DNA of 59,434 nucleotides from a virus (lineage: Duplodnaviria > Caudoviricetes), in the IMG/VR virus record IMGVR_UViG_3300017645_000001, positions 1 through 59,434 of that record. One strand, 5' to 3'. The notes under the pieces were generated by a model, which saw nothing but the letters and a program-made list of their open reading frames with translations, did not search any database and had not been told where the DNA came from. Of the stretch, positions 54,283 to 59,434 are shown one piece after another. The translations under genes were made by a program, and so were the position numbers. Each line of letters opens with the position of its first letter. The first letter of the stretch is position 1.

Positions 54283-54926
54283 CCGATGATCGCGTGCGAG
54301 AGATTGCGCCTTGTCCGTTTTGCGCGAGCACTAATCTAACCATGACAGTCGATGCGCAAAACTGGAATGTCGTTCAATGCGACAACTGCGGTGCGTCCGG
54401 ACCTTGCATTGATCTTGAGGGAGACGCCTATATCAATCGTTGGAACGAGCGCGCCATTGCCTCACTTCCCGCGCCTGTCGGGGTGCCGGAAGGCTGGAAA
54501 CTGGTGCCTGTCGAGCCGACGCCGGAGATTCTCTCATCCTTATTTGTCCTCCCTGATATGGGGCCGAACGGTCAGATAATTCGACATTCCGTTGATAAGT
54601 TGCCTGACGCCTATCGCGCCATGCTCTCCGTCTCTCCGCCACCTCCGCAGTCAGGCGAGATCGAGACTGAGATCGTTAGCGGCGTTCGCGTCCATCACGT
54701 CAGCGAAGCTGTACGCCTCAAATTGGAGATCGACACGTTAGAAGATTGCATTCGTAAGCAATCTTCCGAGATCGAGGCGCTGCGGGCGCGGGTGAAGGAG
54801 TTGGAGGCGGAGCGGAACGAGCTTTTTGCGGCTAACGGAGATGTCGCGAAAGCTATGCACGAGTTGCAATACCGCGCCGAATCCGCCGAGCGCAAGCTAT
54901 CAGAACTGACGGGCGGTCATGGCTGA
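54279..54926 (+). CDS. Lar-family (restriction alleviation) Zn-ribbon fusion protein
   Basis: PCPFC...V.C..CGA.GP...WN.R; coiled-coil C-terminus. Confidence 0.7.
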   Translation: MTDDRVREIAPCPFCASTNLTMTVDAQNWNVVQCDNCGASGPCIDLEGDAYINRWNERAIASLPAPVGVPEGWKLVPVEPTPEILSSLFVLPDMGPNGQIIRHSVDKLPDAYRAMLSVSPPPPQSGEIETEIVSGVRVHHVSEAVRLKLEIDTLEDCIRKQSSEIEALRARVKELEAERNELFAANGDVAKAMHELQYRAESAERKLSELTGGHG

Positions 54927-55416
54927 GCACGAACCATCAATCGGGCAGTCCGACGACTGGTATACGCCGCCTGAAATCTTCACGGCGCTTGGCCTGACGT
55001 TCGACCTTGACCCGTGCTCGCCAGGTGCTGGGCATTGGGTGCCAGCACGTAAGATCTACACAAAGGTCGCCAACGGGCTACAGCTTCAGTGGTCTGGCCT
55101 CGTGTTCATGAACCCACCGTTCGGCGGCCGGTTCGGACAAGTGCCGTGGCTGGAGAAATTCCTCGACCACGCCAATGGCGTCGCCATCGTCCGTGCCTAC
55201 ACGTCATCTAGTTGGTGGCACGATCTGATGCCGCGAGCCGAGATGCTGCTTTTCCCGCGCGGCAAGACGAAGTTTATCCGGCCTGACGGATCGGTCGGGT
55301 CATCGCCCGGTCACGGCGTTGTCCTGATTGGGATGGGAGACGATGCCTGTAACGCGCTGGCACGGTGCGGCCTCGGAATGATCTGGGACCGACGCAATGA
55401 TGCGAGGGCTGCCTGA
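54919..55416 (+). CDS. Phage DNA N6-adenine methyltransferase
   Basis: DDWYTPP, FDLDPCS, W.G.VFMNPPF. Confidence 0.88.
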   Translation: MAEHEPSIGQSDDWYTPPEIFTALGLTFDLDPCSPGAGHWVPARKIYTKVANGLQLQWSGLVFMNPPFGGRFGQVPWLEKFLDHANGVAIVRAYTSSSWWHDLMPRAEMLLFPRGKTKFIRPDGSVGSSPGHGVVLIGMGDDACNALARCGLGMIWDRRNDARAA

Positions 55417-55946
55417 TGCTCTCAGAACTGACGCAACGGTAAATGGAGATGAGGATGGCGAAAGGCAAACAAACGCGAGAACTCACCCCATTCAGAGCGT
55501 GGTTTCTCGTCGTGCCTGACGAGCGTACCGAGAGCAGATGGTACTTCGCGTGGCACGCAGGGTTCGACCGCCGGAAAGATGCAATCGCGTTTGCTCAGCA
55601 GAACCGCTGGACTGCGCCGTACCGCGCAATACGTGCGGAAGTCGTCCCGGTGAAGCCATGACCCCCACACCCCAAGCGATTGAGAACGCGGCGCGGGCCT
55701 TGGCTAGGCGCCGCGGCTTCGATTTTCCCAGCGATTGGGAATATCTGTACCACCCTAAAAGCGACATCGGCCTAGCCGTTGCTGACGCAACCGCCGCCCT
55801 CTCAGCCGACCTCGGAGATTTGGTGTTGGTACCCAAGGAGGCGACGGACGCGATATGTGAAGCTGGCGTCTCGTTCGATGAAGCCGCGGGCGGGAAGGGA
55901 TATGAATACCGCGAACTCTACCGCGCCATGATCGCTGCGGCGGAGG

Positions 55947-56171
55947 GTGAGTAAGATGGCACGACGAATGACGCTTGAGCGCATCTTGCGCGACGATGAT
56001 GACGCTAGCGGTCAGACAATCCGTAACTGGCTTATTGAGGAAGATTCCGGGATGTTGACGATCCGCCCGCGTGAGGATTTGAACTTCATCCTCATCCGAG
56101 CCAGCGATGCGAAGCAATTCGCGGATGATCTATTGATGATGGCCGCTCAGGAGACCGAGCCATGCAAGTGA
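55947..56171 (+). CDS. Small hypothetical protein
   Basis: Coupled ORF with GGAGG RBS. Confidence 0.5.
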   Translation: MSKMARRMTLERILRDDDDASGQTIRNWLIEEDSGMLTIRPREDLNFILIRASDAKQFADDLLMMAAQETEPCK

Positions 56172-56609
56172 CAGACGGGATGATTGAGGCGGAAGATTGC
56201 AGTATCTGCGGTTGGCACCCTTTGGACTTCGCTAACAACCTAGAGATTTCAGATGAACCAGACCACAAGTTGGCCGCTCACATGATCCGTGAGTTATACA
56301 ATCGATCAGCGGTATCCGAGCGTGAGCGCGCGAAGATAAGGATTCTTGAGAAAAAATTGGAGAGATGTGCTGCCGCTCTTAAGGCGCGGGAGGTGAAGCC
56401 GTGAGTCTTTCTCGCAGAGAGATAGCTGAGCTTACTTATCTGGCAGATCAAGTCTACCCGATATGGGGAGGACATTTGCATCGTGGCCAGCCTCAAACCG
56501 ATCCCCTGATGCAGCGCTGGCTAGCACTCGGGTTGATCGTTCAGGTTCGTAACGATGGCTACTGCATAACAGGGCTTGGCCGCGCCGCGCTGGCGCAGGA
56601 GGATGGGAA

Positions 56610-56975
56610 GTGAGAGTCCTTGTCTGCGGCGGGCGCAACTTCAACGATCGGCAATTGCTATATCGCGTGCTGGACGCTCTGCACGCGAAAACTCCAATTA
56701 CGGGCCTCATAGAGGGCGGCGCGGGTGGCGCGGACTATCTCGCCGCGAGATGGTCTGCCATCCGTGACATCGAACATCATGTGCGCATGTCGGCGGATTG
56801 GACCCTATACGGCAAAGCCGCCGGACCCATCCGCAACCAGCGCATGCTCGACGAAGGCAAGCCTGATCTCGTCATCGCCTTTCCCGGCGGCCGAGGCACC
56901 GCTGACATGATCAACCGGGCAGAACAAGCTGGCGTACCTGTGCGGCGTGTCAGCCCCAACGCTGAACCACGGTAA
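56610..56975 (+). CDS. DUF2493 / YspA-like SLOG family protein
   Basis: RVLVCGGR, I.GGA.GAD, AGPIRN..ML, AFPGGRGT..M. Confidence 0.9.
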   Translation: MRVLVCGGRNFNDRQLLYRVLDALHAKTPITGLIEGGAGGADYLAARWSAIRDIEHHVRMSADWTLYGKAAGPIRNQRMLDEGKPDLVIAFPGGRGTADMINRAEQAGVPVRRVSPNAEPR

Positions 56976-56978
56976 GAG

Positions 56979-57353
56979 ATGAGCCAGCGCGCCGCAGACC
57001 AGCAACCCACTCAACCCCTTCTCACTGCCGGGGAAGTCGCCGCGCGCTTGCACATGTCGGACAAGCAGTTGCGCGGCCATATCCGGGCTGGCAACATACC
57101 ATTTATAAACATCGGTCTGGGCGCTCGTCCGAGTTATCGGTTCCGTGCCTCCGATATTGTGGCGTTTGAATTGGCGCGAGCAACGATATGCACAAGGCCG
57201 TGCGAGGCATCTACCGCCGCAAAGGCGAAGACACATGGTCGTACGACCTCGTCGTACGAGGTCATCGATTTTGCGGCTCAACGGAGTGCAAGGAAAGGCG
57301 CGCCGCTGAAAGATGGATCACGACGTTCCGGGCCGAAAAGCGAGCCGCGATAG
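56979..57353 (+). CDS. Excisionase-like HTH protein
   Basis: LLTAGEVAARL.MS...G.IP...RP.YRF; overlaps integrase start. Confidence 0.8.
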   Translation: MSQRAADQQPTQPLLTAGEVAARLHMSDKQLRGHIRAGNIPFINIGLGARPSYRFRASDIVAFELARATICTRPCEASTAAKAKTHGRTTSSYEVIDFAAQRSARKGAPLKDGSRRSGPKSEPR

Positions 57354-58306
57354 CTCAGCTCGATGGCCGAGAACCGATGAACTTCGGCGCGGCGTCTACG
57401 CGATGGTGGAACGAGCGCGGACAGCACAGGAAGGATGCCCGGTCGCTTGAGGGCTATCTGGCGTTACTGCAAAGCCGGATCGGGATGAAAACAGCCCTCG
57501 CCTCAATCGATGACAATACCGTCGCGAAGCTTGTCGCGCTCCGCCGAGCCGACGGTGTCTCGCCTTCGACAGTCAACCGATCGATGACCGAGCCGCTGCG
57601 TGCAATCATCACTCGCGCGCGGCTGTGGAAACAGCCAGTTCAAACTATCGACTGGCGCGCACACAAGCTCAAGGAACCGGAGGGGATCGTCAGGGAGGCA
57701 AGCGCGGAGGAAGAGGCAAAAGCCTTTGCTGCGCTGCGGACGGACCTACGCGCGATCACCATGTTCTTGCTGGTGACAGGCTGGCGGCGAGCCGAGGCTT
57801 GCCGCTTGAAATGGTCCGATATCAACTTTGAGACGGGATTTGCCACGGTCGAAGGCAAGGGAGGGATTATCCATCGCCGCCCCCTCCCCGCAGCGGCGAT
57901 CGCCATCCTGCGCGGCGAGCAGGATCGTCATGCGGAAACTGTGTTTACCTATATGGTGAGACACCCCAACGGCGGCACGCGCGGGTCCAGACAGCCGATC
58001 CTACCGGGGACGCTAACCACAGCCTGGTGCCGCATGCGAGACGCCGCCGGGCTGAACGGACTACGCCTGCATGACCTGCGTCACACCACGGCCACCCGCG
58101 TCCTGCGCAAGACGGGGAACCTTGTCGCCGTCCAGAAGGCGCTGGGGCACAGCCGGGTATCCACGACCCAGAGGTACGCTCACATGCTGGCGGAGGATGT
58201 ACGGGCGGCCTTGGATGCGGCTGCTCCCGTGGCTACGCAGGTCGCCGCTCAGAGTCCCGTTGAAATTCCCGAGGCAAAAGCCTCAGCGGCCGGTAAATAC
58301 AAGTAG
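57188..58306 (+). CDS. int: Tyrosine recombinase (phage integrase)
   Basis: TGWRRAE (R), K, HDLRH, LGHS, RYAH catalytic set. Confidence 0.96.
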   Translation: MHKAVRGIYRRKGEDTWSYDLVVRGHRFCGSTECKERRAAERWITTFRAEKRAAIAQLDGREPMNFGAASTRWWNERGQHRKDARSLEGYLALLQSRIGMKTALASIDDNTVAKLVALRRADGVSPSTVNRSMTEPLRAIITRARLWKQPVQTIDWRAHKLKEPEGIVREASAEEEAKAFAALRTDLRAITMFLLVTGWRRAEACRLKWSDINFETGFATVEGKGGIIHRRPLPAAAIAILRGEQDRHAETVFTYMVRHPNGGTRGSRQPILPGTLTTAWCRMRDAAGLNGLRLHDLRHTTATRVLRKTGNLVAVQKALGHSRVSTTQRYAHMLAEDVRAALDAAAPVATQVAAQSPVEIPEAKASAAGKYK

Positions 58307-58334
58307 ATAAAGGATTTTCTGGAACACAGGGCGA

Positions 58335-58375
58335 AGCTTGGAAGGCTGCTGCTCTACCATTGAGCTACACCCGCA
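58335..58375. repeat. Attachment core, right copy (truncated 5' half of tRNA-Gly)
   Basis: Identical to 273-313; lacks the T-arm and acceptor 3' strand. Confidence 0.95.
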
Positions 58376-58492
58376 AACCATTCTGCTCGCCCGGCCTGCG
58401 CTGCCGGGTCTGCCGAACCCGGACGGACGGGCCGGACCGGCAGAGCCGGCCCAACCGCTGACGGCTGGCTGTCCGCCAGCCGCTCCGTTTGA

Positions 58493-58577
58493 TGGTGGGG
58501 GAAGTAGGACTCGAACCTACGAAGGCATAGCCAGCGGATTTACAGTCCGCCCCCTTTGCCGCTCGGGACATTCCCCC
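58493..58577 (-). tRNA. tRNA-Tyr (GTA)
   Basis: GGGGGAATGTCCCGAGCGGC...CTGTAAA loop, long variable arm, GGTTCGAGTCC...CCA. Confidence 0.96.
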
Positions 58578-58817
58578 TTAGCCGTCACACCGCATTGATC
58601 TCGAAAGATAAAGCGCCGATCGCAGGCCATCGGATCGGACGGCTTTATGGGCGAGCCGGCCCGACAAAGTCAATGCACGGCTGCCCTTATATAATGAAGA
58701 TTTCCCGCCGCGCCGCCCCACCTGTCGCAGAGGCACCTTACGAGGCTTGCGCCGGCCAAAGCGTGGCGGTGCAGGATTTGCTTGCACGGGCGGCGGCCGC
58801 GGCCCAGGAATGGCCGC

Positions 58818-59434
58818 ATGCCTGAAAAACACGCACCGAAACCAGCCTCTCGCAAACCAGCGCCTCGCAAATCCGCGCCGCCACGCTCCGCCGGCGGGCC
58901 GGAACACCGGCCCAAACCCGGCCACCAACCCGGCACGAAGCCCGGAGAAACTCACGAGCACCGGCGCCGCCGCGAGCGCTTCGAGCAGGCGCGGCGCGAG
59001 TCGCTGCGGCCGGCCGATCTCGGCGCGCCCGACGGGCCGGTGGTCCTCTATGGCTGGCATACGGTGAAGGCGGCGCTGCTCAACCCGGCGCGGCGCATCC
59101 ACACCTTCCTCGCCACCGAGAACGCGGCGCGGCGGCTCGGCGAGGAAGGCGTGCGGCTCAAGCCGGCGCCGCAGATCGTGCGCCCCGGCGATATCGCCGC
59201 CCGGTTGCCAGCGGACGCGGTGCATCAGGGTCTCTATATCGAGGCCGAGCCGCTGCCCTCCCCGGAGATCGCCGACCTGCCGGCGACCGGACTGGTGCTG
59301 GTCCTCGACCAGATCACCGACCCGCACAATGTCGGGGCGATTTTCCGCTCCGCCTCGGCATTCGGGGTCGGCGCCATCCTCACCACCCAGCGGCACAGCC
59401 CGGATGCGCATGGGGCGCTGGCCAAGGCCGCGAC
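58818..59434 (+). CDS. rlmB: TrmH/SpoU family rRNA methyltransferase (RlmB-like), partial
   Basis: VLYGWHTV.AAL.NP, VHQG, LDQITDPHNVGAIFRSA; runs off the window. Confidence 0.88.
   Translation, partial: MPEKHAPKPASRKPAPRKSAPPRSAGGPEHRPKPGHQPGTKPGETHEHRRRRERFEQARRESLRPADLGAPDGPVVLYGWHTVKAALLNPARRIHTFLATENAARRLGEEGVRLKPAPQIVRPGDIAARLPADAVHQGLYIEAEPLPSPEIADLPATGLVLVLDQITDPHNVGAIFRSASAFGVGAILTTQRHSPDAHGALAKAA

Larger units (their letters stand above)
273..58375. mobile_element. Complete temperate prophage (lambda-like head, Mu-like contractile tail) integrated in tRNA-Gly
   Basis: att repeats, tyrosine integrase at the right end, and full head, tail, lysis, immunity and replication modules. Confidence 0.96.

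Noticed and set aside
58335-58375. Second tRNA-Gly gene
   Set aside because: Only the 5' half is present; it is the att remnant.
58380-58490. GC hairpins between att and tRNA-Tyr
   Set aside because: Ordinary host tRNA spacer structure outside the prophage.
58578-59411. 277-aa minus-strand ORF
   Set aside because: Shadow of the plus-strand TrmH-family gene.

Overview
The window holds one apparently complete ~58 kb temperate prophage in an alphaproteobacterial (probably Hyphomicrobiales) chromosome. It sits inside the host tRNA-Tyr / tRNA-Gly(TCC) / tuf cluster, bounded by 41-bp direct repeats (273-313 and 58335-58375) that duplicate the 5' half of tRNA-Gly. Modules: lysis, Mu-like contractile tail, lambda-like head and packaging, replication (DnaB, primase, beta clamp, DUF1376), a cI/cro switch with five palindromic operators, recombination (ERF, YqaJ, NinB), three methyltransferase-like genes, and xis/int. 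The most striking feature is a nuclease-dead TnpB/Cas12-like gene (37076-38482). It carries two in-frame, stop-free insertions, each built as hairpins + anti-repeat + 35-36 nt repeat + 30-31 nt spacer + partial repeat. One spacer matches 17/17 nt to the phage's own non-coding region upstream of terS (29794-29810). This suggests an RNA-guided DNA-binding or repression system whose guides are encoded inside its own ORF. Other notable sites: a parS palindrome overlapping a LexA box upstream of a DUF5131/TcmP pair, and a -1 frameshift in the tail chaperone. All family calls are from motif recognition by eye; no searches were run.
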